Source: Struthio camelus (taxonomy: Eukaryota). From it: a DNA stretch of 64,000 nucleotides. Position numbers and translations under genes: made by a program. Below, in pieces: positions 10,990-23,229 of this stretch. Under the pieces are notes generated by a model that ran no database searches, was not told where the DNA came from, and saw nothing but the letters and a program-made list of their open reading frames with translations. The stretch covers positions 709,359 through 773,358 of the forward strand of contig NC_090970.1 of NCBI RefSeq assembly GCF_040807025.1, given 5' to 3'. How positions within the stretch are numbered: the stretch's first letter is position 1; each line of letters opens with the position of its first letter.

Positions 10990-12850
10990 TGGGGGCATTG
11001 GGGACCCAGATGAAGGGAGGACAGCGGGAACACGCTGGGGGACACGCGTGGGCACATGGGGACACGTGGGCGGGGGGGGAGCGCAAGGAGACATGGGGAT
11101 GTTGGGGCCCCATTGGGGACGTTGGGAACGCGCTGGGGACATTGGGGACCTGGAGATCCATCGGGGACCCATTGGGGACCTGGGGACCCATCACGGACCT
11201 GTTGGGGACGCGCCGGGGACGTAGGAGACCCGTAGGGGACCCATTGGGGACCCGCTGGGGACCTGGGGACGTGTTGGGGATGTCGGGGACATTGGGGACC
11301 TGCTGGGGATGTGTTGGGGACGCTGTGGACCCGGGGACGCGTTGGGGACACATCGGGGACCCGCTCGGGACATGCTGGGGACATGGGGGATGTCGGGGAC
11401 ACGTTTGGGACGTCAGGAACCCATTGGGGACCCATCGGGGACATCGAGGGACCCACTGGGGACATGTTGGGGACACTGGGGACCCAGGGGCATGCTAGAG
11501 ACACACTAGGGACCTACTGGGGACAGGTGTTGGGGACATGGGGACACATCGGGAACATGTCAGGGACCCGTCAGGGACCTAGGGGACACGTTGGGGACGT
11601 CGGGCACCCATTGGGGACGTGGTGGGGACATTTGGGGACACAGGGACGCGTTGGGGACATTGGGGACCCATTGGGGACGCGTTGGGGATGTGTTGGAGAC
11701 ACTGGGGACCCGAGGACCCGTTGGGGACGTCGGGGACCCGTTGCGGATGTGCTGGGGATGTTGGGGACCCAGGGACGTGTTGGGGACGTCAGAGACCTGT
11801 TGGGGATGTCGGGGACGTGTTGAGGACCCATTGGGGACATTGGGGACCTATCGGGGGGACCCATTGGGGACCTGGGGACGTGTTGGGGACATCGGGGACC
11901 CAACGAGGACGTGGTGGGGACGTCAGAGACCCATTGGGGACATTGGGAACCCATCGGGGGGACCTGTTGGGGATGTCGGGGACCCATTGGGGACCTGGGG
12001 ACATGTTGGGGACATCGGGGACCCAACGAGGACGTGTTGGTGACATCAGGGACCCATTGGGGACATTGGGGACCTATCGGGGGGGCCTGTTGGGGATGTC
12101 GGGGACCCATTGGGGACGCTGGGGACCTGGGGACATGTTGGGGACATTGGGGACCCAACGAGGACGTGTTGGTGACATCAGGGACCCATTGGGGACATTG
12201 GGGACCTATCGGGGGGGCCTGTTGGGGATGTCGGGGACCCATTGGGGACGCTGGGGACCTGGGGACATGTTGGGGACATCAGGGACCCAACGAGGACGTG
12301 GTGGGGACGTCAGGGACCCGTTGGGGACATTGGGGACCCATCGGGGGGACCTGTTGGGGATGTCAGAGACCCGTTGGGGACCTGGGGACGTGTTGGGGAC
12401 ATCGGGGACCCAACGAGGATGTGGTGGGGACGTCGGGGACCTGCTGGGGACCTGGGGATGTGTTGGGGACATCGGGGACCCAACGAGGACGCGGTGGGGA
12501 CGTCGGGGACCCAACGAGGATGTGGTGGGGACATCGGGGACCCGTTGGGGACCTGGGGACGTGTTGGGGACATCGGGGACCCAACGAGGACGTGGTGGGG
12601 ACGTCAAGGACCTGTTGGGGACATCAGGGACCTGTTGGGGACCTGGGGACATGTTGGGGACATCGGGGACCCAACGAGGACGCGGTGGGGACGTCAAGGA
12701 CCTGTTGGGGACATCAGGGACCTGTTGGGGACCTGGGGACGTGTTGGGGACATCGGGGACCCAACGAGGACGTGGTGGGGACATCAGGGACCCAACGAGG
12801 ACGCGGTGGGGACGTTGGGGACCCGCTGGGGACGTCGGGGACGTCGGGGA
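10990..12850. repeat. GGGGAC satellite (TTGGGGACRYN subunits, about 11 bp) with a longer higher-order period, intronic
   Basis: Dense GGGGAC recurrence across about 1.9 kb. It produces GT-dipeptide-rich artefact ORFs. Confidence 0.8.
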
Positions 12851-12867
12851 CGTCGGGGGCCACTCAC

Positions 12868-12950
12868 TTGTCACGCAGGACGCCGCCGTCGACGCAGGCG
12901 CCCAGCAGGGTGGCGCTGCCCCCGTCTGCCCCGTCAAGGCCCAAAAGCCC
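12868..12950 (-). CDS. SLC12A6: SLC12A6-like exon (TM9 region): GLLGLDGADGGSATLLGACVDGGVLRD(K)
   Basis: The 3' part matches KCC VVLFGACIEGVVLRDK. Donor AA|GTGAGT, with the split K codon completed by the next exon. The 5' boundary is uncertain: acceptor ctatttcag at 12951-12953 was chosen, and an alternative cag sits 23 nt inside. Confidence 0.6.
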
Positions 12951-12954
12951 CTGA

Positions 12955-13700
12955 AATAGCCCCAAAACGGCCCCCCGAAACCGGCACCTCCCTCCGGGAC
13001 ACCCAAACCGCCCCGAAACACCCCAAAACGGGGACCCAAAAAGCCCCGAATCGCCCCAAAATGGACACCCCCCCTGAACACCCAAACCGCCCGGAAACCA
13101 CCCAAAACGTCCCAAAATCCCCCCAAATGAACCCAAAATGGGACTCCCCCCCCCCAAAGCTGGATGCCCAGAACTCCTCAAAACGCCCCAAAACAAGTAC
13201 CCAAAACCGCCAGATATAGCCCCAAAATTTGAAGCCCCCCCCCCCGGAGGAAACCCAAAATGAGGATCCCCAAAACCTCACAAAATCACCCCAAAAAAGG
13301 ATCCCCCACCCCAAACCCCCGGAATAGCCCCAAAAAGGGATGCCAAAACCCCCCCCAAAATGCCCCAAAACTCAGCCCCTCCCAAGGACCCCAAAACAGC
13401 CAAAAACGTCCCCAAAAACCAGGCCCGGCCCCAAAATCCCATGAAACAGCCCCAAAAAGGGGATCGAGAAAAAAACCCCGAAACGCCTCAAAAACGGCTC
13501 CCAGCCCCCAAAACGGGACCACTCCAACCCCCCCCCAAACGCCCCCAAACGCTGCCTTTTTTGGGTCTGATTCTCCCGTTTTTGGCTCAAACCTCCCATT
13601 TCGGGGCCCGAATGCCCATTTTTGGGCATTTTTTGCCCATTTTTAGGGCCACCCCCCCGTTTTTGGGGCTCCTTCCCCCCCCCCCATTTCCAAGGTTTCT
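12955..13700. repeat. CCCCAAAA-type A/C-rich low-complexity tract, intronic
   Basis: Runs of CCCAAAAC / CCCCAAAA with degenerate periodicity. Confidence 0.6.
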
Positions 13701-13789
13701 GCCCCGTTTCCGGGCTGCCGCCGCTCCCGTTTCGGGGCGAATCGGGCCGGTTTTGGGGGCCGGATGCAGATGAGGGCGGCGACGACGAC

Positions 13790-13866
13790 GGCGAGGAAGG
13801 TGCCGGCCGGGACGGAGCGGGGGGCGTCGGCCAGGGGGGCCGGGCTGCCCACCCCCGCCAGCAGGC
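13790..13866 (-). CDS. SLC12A6: SLC12A6-like exon (TM8 region): (G)LLAGVGSPAPLADAPRSVPAGTFLA[VVVAALICI]
   Basis: Matches KCC [35 protein letters not shown], with 17/17 spacing between the G and T anchors. Acceptor cag|gc fits the phase-1 end of the upstream exon. The 3' end is unresolved. There is no canonical GT after the hydrophobic ...AALICI stretch, which would extend the exon to about 13763. The only in-phase donor is a weak GCC|GTCGTC at 13790. Confidence 0.5.
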
Positions 13867-13899
13867 CTGCCGGACGCCGGGGCCCGCTCGGACGCCGGG

Positions 13900-16390
13900 G
13901 CCCCCCGCCGGACGCCGGGGCCCCCTGTACCTGGACACCTGGGCCCCTCCCCGGACGCCTGGGCCCCTCCCCGGACACCTGGGACCCTCCCCCGGACGCC
14001 TGGGCCCCTCCCCGGACGCCTGGTCCCCCTCCCCGGACGCCTGGGCCCCTCCCCGGACGCCTGGTCCCCCTCCCCGGACGCCTGGGACCCTCGCCGGACA
14101 CCTGGGCCCCTCCCCGGACACCTGGGTCCCTTCCCCGGACACCTGGGTCCCTCCCCGGACGCCTGGGCCCCTTCCCGGACACCTGGGCCCCTCCCCGGAC
14201 ACCTGGGCCCCTTCCCCGGACACCTGGGCTCCCCCCGGACGCCTGGGCCCCTCCCCGGACGCCTGGGCCCCTTCCCCGGACGCCTGGGTCCCTCCCCGGA
14301 CACCTGGGCCCCTTCCCCGGACACCTGGGCTCCCCCCGGACGCCTGGGCCCCTCCCCGGACGCCTGGGCCCCTTCCCCGGACGCCTGGGCCCCTTCCCAG
14401 ATGCCTGGGCCCCTTCCCGGACTCCTGGGTCCCTCCCCGGACACCTGGGTCCCTCCCCCGGACGCCTGGGCCCCTCCCCGGACACCTGGGCCCCTCCCCC
14501 GGACACCTGGGCCCCTCCCCGGACACCTGGGCCCCTTCCCCGGACACCTGGGCTCCCCCCGGACGCCTGGGCCCCTCCCCGGACGCCTGGGCCCCTCCCC
14601 GGACACCTGGGCCCCTCCCCGGACACCTGGGCCCCTTCCCCGGACACCTGGGCTCCCCCCGGACGCCTGGGCCCCTCCCCGGACGCCTGGGCCCCTTCCC
14701 CGGACGCCTGGGCCCCTCCCCGGACACCTGGGCCCCTTCCCCGGACACCTGGGCTCCCCCCGGACGCCTGGGCCCCTCCCCGGACGCCTGGGCCCCTTCC
14801 CCGGACGCCTGGGCCCCTTCCCGGATGCCTGGGCCCCTTCCCGGACTCCTGGGTCCCTCCCCGGACACCTGGGTCCCTCCCCCGGACGCCTGGGCCCCTC
14901 CCCGGACACCTGGGCCCCTCCCCGGACACCTGGGCCCCTTCCCCGGACACCTGGGCTCCCCCCGGACGCCTGGGCCCCTCCCCGGACGCCTGGGCCCCTC
15001 CCCGGACGCCTGGTCCCCCTCCCCGGACGCCTGGGCCCCTCCCCGGACGCCTGGTCCCCCTCCCCGGACGCCTGGGACCCTCGCCGGACACCTGGGCCCC
15101 TCCCCGGACACCTGGGTCCCTTCCCCGGACACCTGGGTCCCTCCCCGGACGCCTGGGCCCCTTCCCGGACACCTGGGCCCCTCCCCGGACACCTGGGCCC
15201 CTTCCCCGGACACCTGGGCTCCCCCCGGACGCCTGGGCCCCTCCCCGGACGCCTGGGCCCCTTCCCGGACGCCTGGGCCCCTTCCCCGGACGCCTGGGCC
15301 CCTCCCCGGACACCTGGGCCCCTTCCCCGGACACCTGGGCTCCCCCCGGACGCCTGGGCCCCTCCCCGGACGCCTGGGCCCCTTCCCCGGACGCCTGGGC
15401 CCCTTCCCAGATGCCTGGGCCCCTTCCCGGACTCCTGGGTCCCTCCCCGGACTCCTGGGTCCCTCCCCGGACACCTGGGTCCCTCCCCCGGACGCCTGGG
15501 CCCCTCCCCGGACACCTGGGCTCCCCCCGGACGCCTGGGCCCCTCCCCGGACGCCTGGGCCCCTCCCCGGACACCTGGGCCCCTCCCCGGACACCTGGGC
15601 CCCTTCCCGGACACCTGGGCTCCCCCCGGACGCCTGGGCCCCTCCCCGGACGCCTGGGCCCCTTCCCGGACGCCTGGGCCCCTTCCCCGGACGCCTGGGC
15701 CCCTCCCCGGACACCTGGGCCCCTTCCCCGGACACCTGGGCTCCCCCCGGACGCCTGGGCCCCTCCCCGGACGCCTGGGCCCCTTCCCCGGACGCCTGGG
15801 CCCCTTCCCGGATGCCTGGGCCCCTTCCCGGACTCCTGGGTCCCTCCCCGGACACCTGGGTCCCTCCCCCGGACGCCTGGGCCCCTCCCCGGACACCTGG
15901 GCCCCTCCCCCGGACACCTGGGCCCCTCCCCGGACACCTGGGCCCCTTCCCCGGACACCTGGGCTCCCCCCGGACGCCTGGGCCCCTCCCCGGACGCCTG
16001 GGCCCCTTCCCGGATGCCTGGGCCCCTTCCCCGGACGCCTGGGCCCCTCCCCGGACACCTGGGCCCCTTCCCCGGACACCTGGGCTCCCCCCGGACGCCT
16101 GGGCCCCTCCCCGGACGCCTGGGCCCCTTCCCGGACGCCTGGGCCCCTTCCCCGGACGCCTGGGCCCCTTCCCGGATGCCTGGGCCCCTTCCCGGACTCC
16201 TGGGTCCCTCCCCGGACACCTGGGTCCCTCCCCCGGACGCCTGGGCCCCTCCCCGGACACCTGGGCCCCTCCCCGGACACCTGGGTCCCTCCCAGACACC
16301 TGGGTCCCTCCCCTGGACACCTTGGTCCCTCCCCGGACGCCTGGGCCCCTCTCCCCGGACGCCTGGGCCCCCCCCGCGCCCGGACGCCTG
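13900..16390. repeat. 18-bp satellite family, orientation GGACGCCTGGGCCCCTCC, about 2.5 kb, intronic
   Basis: Same family as 28275-39135. Internal duplications are visible (e.g. 14400 vs 14810 vs 15415). Confidence 0.9.
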
Positions 16391-16409
16391 GGCCCCGCCG
16401 GCGGCTCAC

Positions 16410-16535
16410 CGGGGCCGAGGGGCAGGACGAGGCCGAGGCCGAGGCCGAAGGAGCCGCCGGGCGCCAGGACGTAGCCGGGAGCCGCCGCCGCCGTCGGGTG
16501 CCGCCCGGGCGCCGCCTCCCCGGGCCACAGGTTGG
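16410..16535 (-). CDS. SLC12A6: SLC12A6-like exon: (A)NLWPGEAAPGRHPTAAAAPGYVLAPGGSFGLGLGLVLPLGP(G)
   Basis: Matches KCC ENLWSAYLEKG...PLYVVADIATSFTVLVGIFFPSVTG. Acceptor ctccacccccgcag, donor G|GTGAGC. 126 nt, phases 1 -> 1, consistent with neighbours. Confidence 0.8.
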
Positions 16536-16589
16536 CTGCGGGGGGTGGAGCCTCAGGCCCCGCCCCCGGCCCCGCCCCCGGCCCCGCCC

Positions 16590-17460
16590 CCCGGCCATCT
16601 TGATGCAGGTCAAGGGGTGGCGGGGGTGACATGGAGACACCTCGCCGCGGCGGCCATCTTGGCACACGCCAAGGCGCCCAACAGCGCACCCACAACTGAG
16701 CGCGGCGGCCATCTTGGCATATGTCAAGGCGCCTAACGAGCAGTGGGCCCACCCCTCGCCGCGGCGGCCATCTTGGCACACGCCAAGGCGCCCAACAGAG
16801 CACCCACCCCTCGTCGCGGCAGCCATCTTGACGTACACCAAGGCGCCTAACGAGCAGTGGGCCCACCCCTGGCCGCGGCGGCCATCTTGGCACACGCCAA
16901 GGCGCCCAACAGCGCACCCACAACTCGCCGCGGCAGCCATCTTGACGTACACCAAGGCGCCTAATGAGCAGTGGGCCCACCCCTCGCCGCGGCAGCCATC
17001 TTGACATACGCCAAGGTGCCTAACAGCGCACTCACAACTGAGCGCGGCGGCCATCTTGACGTACGCCAAGGCGCCTAACGAGCAGTGGGCCCACCCCTGG
17101 CCGCAGCGGCCATCTTGGCACGCGTCAAGGCGCCCAACAGCGCACCCACAACTCGCCGCGGCGGCCATCTTGGCATATGTCAAGGCGCCTAATGAGCAGT
17201 GGGCCCACCCCTGGCCGCGGCGGCCATCTTGGCACACGTCAAGGCGCCTAACAGCGCACCCACAACTCGCCGCGGCGGCCATCTTGGCAGACGTCAAGGC
17301 GCCTAACGAGCAGTGGGCCCACCCCTGGCCGCGGCGGCCATCTTGGCACACGCCAAGGCGCCTAACGAGCAGTGGGCCCACCCCTGGCCGCGGCGGCCAT
17401 CTTGGCACAGGCCGAGGCGCCCCCCCCCGCCCCTCCCCGGGCGGCGGCGGCCATGTCGGG
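16590..17460. repeat. 57/114-bp tandem repeat, each subunit containing the YY1 consensus GCCGCCATCTTGGC, about 15 motif copies, intronic
   Basis: GCGGCGGCCATCTTGGCA recurs every 57-60 bp. Two alternating subunit types form a dimer of about 114 bp. Confidence 0.85.
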
Positions 17461-17473
17461 CGGGGGCGCTCAC

Positions 17474-17652
17474 CAGCCAGGACGCCGCTGGCCAGGCCGG
17501 GCACAGCGGGCAGGGCGGTGGCGTTGTCGGGGCTGCGCGAGGGCTCGCAGCGGGGGCCGCGGCAGAAGGGGCCGCGCAGGGGCGAGGGGCCCTCCTCCGG
17601 CTTGGCGCACGCCTCCACCGCCGCCAGCGTCCGGTTGCCCAGGAGACACACG
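17474..17652 (-). CDS. SLC12A6: SLC12A6-like exon (large extracellular loop TM5-TM6): (R)VCLLGNRTLAAVEACAKPEEGPSPLRGPFCRGPRCEPSRSPDNATALPAVPGLASGVLA
   Basis: Matches KCC PVCMLGNRTL...C.K...N.T...IPGIPGAAAGVLQ with conserved Cys and N-glycosylation motifs (NRT, NAT). Acceptor tgtctgttccctcccttcag, donor G|GTGAGC. 179 nt. Confidence 0.85.
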
Positions 17653-17689
17653 CTGAAGGGAGGGAACAGACAAGCGACACGCGTGTTAG

Positions 17690-18425
17690 AGCGTGTTGGG
17701 GCACGTCGCGTGGTGTTTTGGCGGGTTTCGGGGTGTTTCTCAGCAGGGTTTTGGGCCCTGAGACGTCTCCACCGCCACCAGCGCCCGGTCGCCCTGGACA
17801 CACACGCTATAGAGAACAAAAAGAAAACCAACACGCGTGTTAGAGCGTGTTGCGGCACGTCGCGTGGTGTTTTGGCGGGTTTCGGGGTGTTTCTCAGCAG
17901 GGTTTTGCGCCCTGAGACGTCTCCACCGCCACCAGCGCCCGGTCGCCCTGGACACACACGCTATAGAGAACAAAAAGAAAACCAACACGCGTGTTAGAGC
18001 GTGTTGTGGCATGTTGCGTGGTGTTTTTGCGGGTTTTGGGGTGTTTCTCAGCAGGGTTTTGGGCCCTGAGACGTCTCCACCGCCACCAGCGCCCGGTCGC
18101 CCCGGACACACACGCTATAGAGAACAGAAAGAAAGCCAACACGCGTGTTAGAGCGTGTAGCGGCATGTCGCATGGTGTTTTTGCGGGTTTTGGGGTGTTT
18201 CTCAGCAGGGTTTTGGGCCCTGAGACGTCTCCACCGCCACCAGCGCCCGGTCGCCCTGGACACACACGCTATAGAGAACAAAAAGAAAACCAACACGCGT
18301 GTTAGAGCGTGTTGCGGCATGTCGCGTGGTGTTTTGGCGGGTTTCGGGGTGTTTCTCAGCAGGGTTTTGGGCCCTGAGACGTCTCCACCGCCACCAGCGC
18401 CCGGTCGCCCTGGACACACACGCTA
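17690..18425. repeat. 154-bp tandem repeat x about 5, intronic
   Basis: ORF-track entries recur at 17740, 17894, 18048, 18202 and 18356, exactly 154 bp apart, with near-identical peptides. Confidence 0.9.
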
Positions 18426-18910
18426 AGAGAGAGCAGGGAACAACACGCGTGTGCGCTGCTCGCGTTGTAGCGTGTTAGAGCCTCCGTTTGTCCCCCGACG
18501 CCTCTCCGCAGCCGCCAGCGCCCAGTTGTCCAGCAAAAACACACTAGGAGAGAAAACAGCCTCACGTGTGTTTACGTGTTGTTGCGTGTGGCGGCGTGTG
18601 GCTGCGTGTTGTTGCGTGTGGAGGCGTGTGGAGGCGTGTCTCTGCCCCCCGACGCCTCTCCACGGCCTCCAGCATCCCGATACCCAGGAAAAACCCACTC
18701 GGAAGGAAAAAAACCCTTGCGTGTGCTTACGTGTTGTCACATGTTGTCGCGTGTCAGTGCACGGTTCAGCACGGTTTGGTCCCCCGACGCGCTTCCGTAC
18801 CCCCCCATCTAGATACCTCCAAAGAACACGCCAAGAAGGAAACAACCCCCCCCCCCGGCGTGCTTCCGTGTCGTTGCGTGTTAGGGCGTGTCGCGCCCGA
18901 GGGAACTCAC

Positions 18911-19140
18911 CGCAGGCCCGGGGGGGCGAAGGCGGACTTGACGGCGCCGACGAGCAGGGCGAGGAGGCCGAGGAGGAGGGCGGCGAGGCCGAGGGGCGCC
19001 AGGCGCCGGACGGGCCGGGGGGCCAGGCCGGCGGCGAGGACGAGGAGGGCGAGGAAGGCCGAGCCGTAGAGGCGCCCGTTGTTGAGGAGCGCCGAGGCGC
19101 CCGGCCCGGCGAACACGGCAGCCTGCGGCGCCACGTACAC
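18911..19140 (-). CDS. SLC12A6: SLC12A6-like exon (TM3-TM5): VYVAPQAAVFAGPGASALLNNGRLYGSAFLALLVLAAGLAPRPVRRLAPLGLAALLLGLLALLVGAVKSAFAPPGL
   Basis: Matches KCC TYIAPPAAIFYPS...[59 protein letters not shown] with identical spacing (47/47 residues from Y to F). Acceptor ctcgcccccgccag, donor CG|GTGAGT. 230 nt. Confidence 0.85.
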
Positions 19141-19189
19141 CTGGCGGGGGCGAGGCGTGGGGGCGCTGGGAGGCGCGAGGCTGGCGTGT

Positions 19190-22075
19190 GCTGGGCGGGG
19201 GGGGCGGGGACGTGGGGCACCCACCAGGCGCTGAGCCACACGGGTGGACGTGGGACCCCCCCCCCCAACGCCGCAGAAGGCAACACGGGTGGACGCGGGT
19301 CAACACGGGTGGACACGGGATGTCCCACCACCACCTCACAGGGCAACACGGGTGGACGCGGGTCAACACGGGTGGACACGGGATGTCCCACCACCATCAC
19401 ATAGGGCAACACGGGTGGACGCGGGTCAACACGGGCGGACACGGGATGCCCCACCACCACCTCACAGGGCAACACGGGTGAACACGGGTCAACACGGGTG
19501 GACACGGGATGCCCCACCACCTCACAGGGCAACACGGGTGAACACAGGTCAACACGGGTGGACACGGGTGGACGCAGGTCAACACGGGTGGACACGGGAT
19601 GTCCCACCACCATCTCATAGGGCAACACGGGTGAACACGGGTGGACGCAGGTCAACACGGGTGGACACGGGTCAACACGGGATGCCCCACCACCACCTCA
19701 CAGGTCAACATGGCTGAACACGGGTGGACGCAGGTCAACACGGGTGGACACAGGATGCCCCACCACCACCTCACTGGGCAACACGGGTGAACACGGGTGG
19801 ACGCGGGTCAACACGGGCGGACACGGGATGCCCCACCACCACCTCACAGGGCAACACGGGTGGACACGGGTGGACGCGGGTCAACACGAGTGGACACGGG
19901 ATGCCCCACCACCACCTCACAGGGCAACACGGGTGAACACGGGATGTCCCACCACCACCTCACAGGGCAACACAGGTGAACACGGGTGGACGCAGGTCAA
20001 CACGGGCGGACACGGGATGCCCCACCACCACCTCACAGGGCAACACGGGTGGACACGGGTGGACGCAGGTCAACACGGGCGGACACGGGATGCCCCACCA
20101 CCACCTCACAGGGCAACACAGGTGAACACGGGTGGATGCAGGTCAACACGGGTGGACACGAGTGGACGTGGGACGCCCCCTCAACCACCTCATAGAGCAA
20201 CACGGGTGAACACGGATAGATGCAGACCAACACGAGTGGACGGGGCACCCCACCAGCACCACCTCAAAGAGCAACACGGGTCAACCTAGACGGACGTGGG
20301 ATGTTCCTCCACCCTCTCACAGGACAATATGGATGAACATGGATGTGACTCAACACGGGTGGACACGGGACACCCCACCACCACCTCATAGGGCTACACG
20401 GGTCAACGCGGTCAACGTGGGTCAACACGGTCAACGTGGGTGGACACAGAAGACCTCGCTACCACCTCAAAGGGCAACGTGGGTCAACACGGGTGGACAC
20501 AGGTCAACACGGGTGGACACAGGACCCCCCTCAACCACCTCATAGAGCAACATGGGTGAACACGGAAGGATGCAGATCAACACGGGTGGACGGGGCGTCC
20601 TCCCACCACCTCATAAAGCAACACGTGTCAAGATGGATGGACATGGGATGCCCCCACCACCTCACAGGGCAACGTGGCTGAACACGGATGGACGCAGCTC
20701 AACACGGGTGGACGTGGGACACCCTACCACCACCCCATAGCACAACACGGGTCAACAGAGGTCAACATGGGTGGATGCAGGACATCCCTCATCCTCTCAT
20801 AGGGCAACACGGGTCAACACGGGTCAACATGGGTGGACACAGGACACCCCTCACAAGGCAACACGGGTCAACATAGGTGGACACAGGACGCCCCTCACTC
20901 CCTCATAGGGCAATACGGGTCAACATAGGTCAACACGGATGGACACAGGACGCCCCCCACCACCTCATAGGACAACATGGCTCAACATATGTCAACACGG
21001 GTGGACACAGGACGCCCCCCACCACCTCATAGGGCAACACGGCTCAACATAGGCCAACATGGGTGGACACGGGACACCCTACCAGCACCCCATAGGGCAA
21101 CACGGCTCAACACGGATGGACGTAGGACGCCCCTCACCTCCTCATAGGGCAACACAGCTCAACATAGGTCAACACGGGTGGATGCAGGACGCCCTTCACC
21201 ACCCCATAGGACAACACGGGTCAACATAGGTCAACAGGTGGACACGGGACACCCTACCACCACCCCATAGGACAACACGGGTCAACATAGGTCAACAGGT
21301 GGACACGGGACACCCTACCACCACCCCATAGGACAACACGGGTCAACATAGGTCAACACGGGTGGACGCAGGACGTCCCTCATCCTCTCATAGCGCAACA
21401 TGGCTCAACACAGGTCAACATGGGTGGACACAGGACGCCCCCCACCACCTCATAGGACAACATGGCTCAACATATGTCAACACAGGTGGACACAGGACGC
21501 CCCCCACCACCTCATAGGGCAACACGGCTCAACATAGGCCAACACGGGTGGACATGGGACACCCTACCAGCACCCCATAGGGCAACACGGCTCAACACGG
21601 ATGGACGTAGGACGCCCCTCACCTCCTCATAGGGCAACACAGCTCAACATAGGTCAACACGGGTGGATGCAGGACGCCCTTCACCCCCTCATAGGACAAC
21701 ACGGGTCAACATAGGTCAACAGGTGGACACGGGACACCCTACCACCACCCCATAGGACAACACGGGTCAACATAGGTCAACACGGGTGGACGCAGGACGT
21801 CCCTCATCCTCTCATAGCGCAACATGGCTCAACACAGGTCAACATGGGTGGACACAGGACACCCTACCACCACCTCATAGGGCAACACGGGTGAACATAG
21901 GTCAACACGGGTGGACACAGGACGCCCCCCACCACTTCATAGGACAACACGGGTCAACATAGGTCAACACGGGTGGACACAGGACGCCCCCCACCACCTC
22001 ATAGGGCAACACGGGTGAACACGGGCGGACACGGGACACCCCCAACACCACGCAGGGGCCCCGGGGACGTCCCCC
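19190..22075. repeat. CACGGGTGGAC-based satellite (about 60-bp units, about 480-bp higher-order repeat), 2.9 kb, intronic
   Basis: Recurrent CAACACGGGTGGACACGGGA...CACCACCTCATAGGGCAACACGGGT blocks. Long near-identical stretches lie about 480 bp apart between 20930 and 21900. Confidence 0.85.
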
Positions 22076-22142
22076 CCACCCCGGGCCCGGGCCGGCGCGT
22101 GCGGGAACACGGGCCGACGCGCGGCGCGGGGGCGGCGCTCAC

Positions 22143-22273
22143 CAGCAGGGTCTCGGCGGCGCCCAGGGCGGCCATGGCGGCGGCGAAGGCGGTGCCCAGG
22201 TAGCAGCAGAGTCCGGCGGCGCCGCCCACCTCGGGGCCCAGCGCCCGCGAGAGCAGGGCCAGCGCGCCTCCCC
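22143..22273 (-). CDS. SLC12A6: SLC12A6-like exon (TM2): (G)[43 protein letters not shown]
   Basis: Matches KCC [43 protein letters not shown]. Donor CTG|GTGAGC. Acceptor gcgcag|gg, in phase 1. 131 nt. Confidence 0.85.
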
Positions 22274-23020
22274 CTGCGCCCGGACGCCTGGGTCCGCACC
22301 CGGACGCCTGGGTCCCTCCCGGACGCCTGGGCCCCTCCTCTCCCGGACACCCGGGTCCCTCCCAGACGCCTGGGCCCCTCCTCTCCCGGACACACGGGTC
22401 CCTCCCAGACGCCTGGGCCCCTCCCGGACGCCTGGGCCCCTCCTCTCCCGGACACCCGGGTCCCTCCCAGACGCCTGGGCCCTCCCGGACGCCTGGGCCC
22501 CTCCCCTCCTCCCAGACAGCCCGGTCCCCCCCGGATGCCTGGGCCCCTCATCTCCCAGACACCTGGGCCCCTGCCCGGGACACCTGGGCCCCTCCTCTCC
22601 CAGACACACGGGTCCCTCCCGGACGCCTGGGCCCCACCCAGACATCCGGGCCCCTCCTCTCCTCCCAGACAGCCCGGTCCCCCCCGGACGCCTGGGCCCC
22701 TCATCTCCCAGACACCTGGGCCCCTGCCCGGGACACCTGGGCCCCTCCCGTCCCAGACAGTCCGGTCCCCCCCGGACGCCTGGGCCCCTCCTCTCCCAGA
22801 CACCCACGTCCCTCCCAGACACCTGGGCCCCTCCCGGACACCTGGGCCCTTCACCTGGCTGCCTGGGCCCCTTCCCCACAGGCCTAGATTCCCACCCAGC
22901 TTCCTGGACTCCTCCCGGACGCCTGGGCCCCTTCCAGAGACACCCGGGTCCCTTCCGCGGACGCCTGGGCCCCTCACCCAGCTGCCTGGGCTCCTCCCGG
23001 ACGCCTGGGTCCTCCGCGGG
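22270..23020. repeat. 18-bp satellite family (GGACGCCTGGGYCC orientation), intronic
   Basis: Same family. Confidence 0.85.
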
Positions 23021-23071
23021 GAGGCCGCCGTTGCTGACGATGGCGCTGAGCGACACGGCCGTGAGCAGCAT
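22978..23071 (-). CDS. SLC12A6: SLC12A6-like exon (TM1b): MLLTAVSLSAIVSNGGLPA[EDPGVREEPRQL](G)
   Basis: Matches KCC TLLTAISMSAIATNGVVPA. Acceptor cccgttctcctcccgcag at 23072 is strong. There is no GT directly after ...GGLPA. The first strong, phase-compatible donor is CTG G|GTGAGG at 22977. Using it adds 12 residues derived from the 18-bp satellite (EDPGVREEPRQL) to the TM1-TM2 loop. The alternative is a non-canonical donor near 23014. Confidence 0.55.
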
Positions 23072-23229
23072 CTGCGGGAGGAGAACGGGAGGGGGGGGGG
23101 AGGGCCGGACGCCTGGGTCCCCCAGCGCACGCGCGGCACCCCCCCGACACGCCAACGACACGCGACTCCGCCGCCCCCCCCGCCGCAGCCCCACACACCA
23201 CCGCGCGCCCCCTCCCCACGCCAGCCGCC

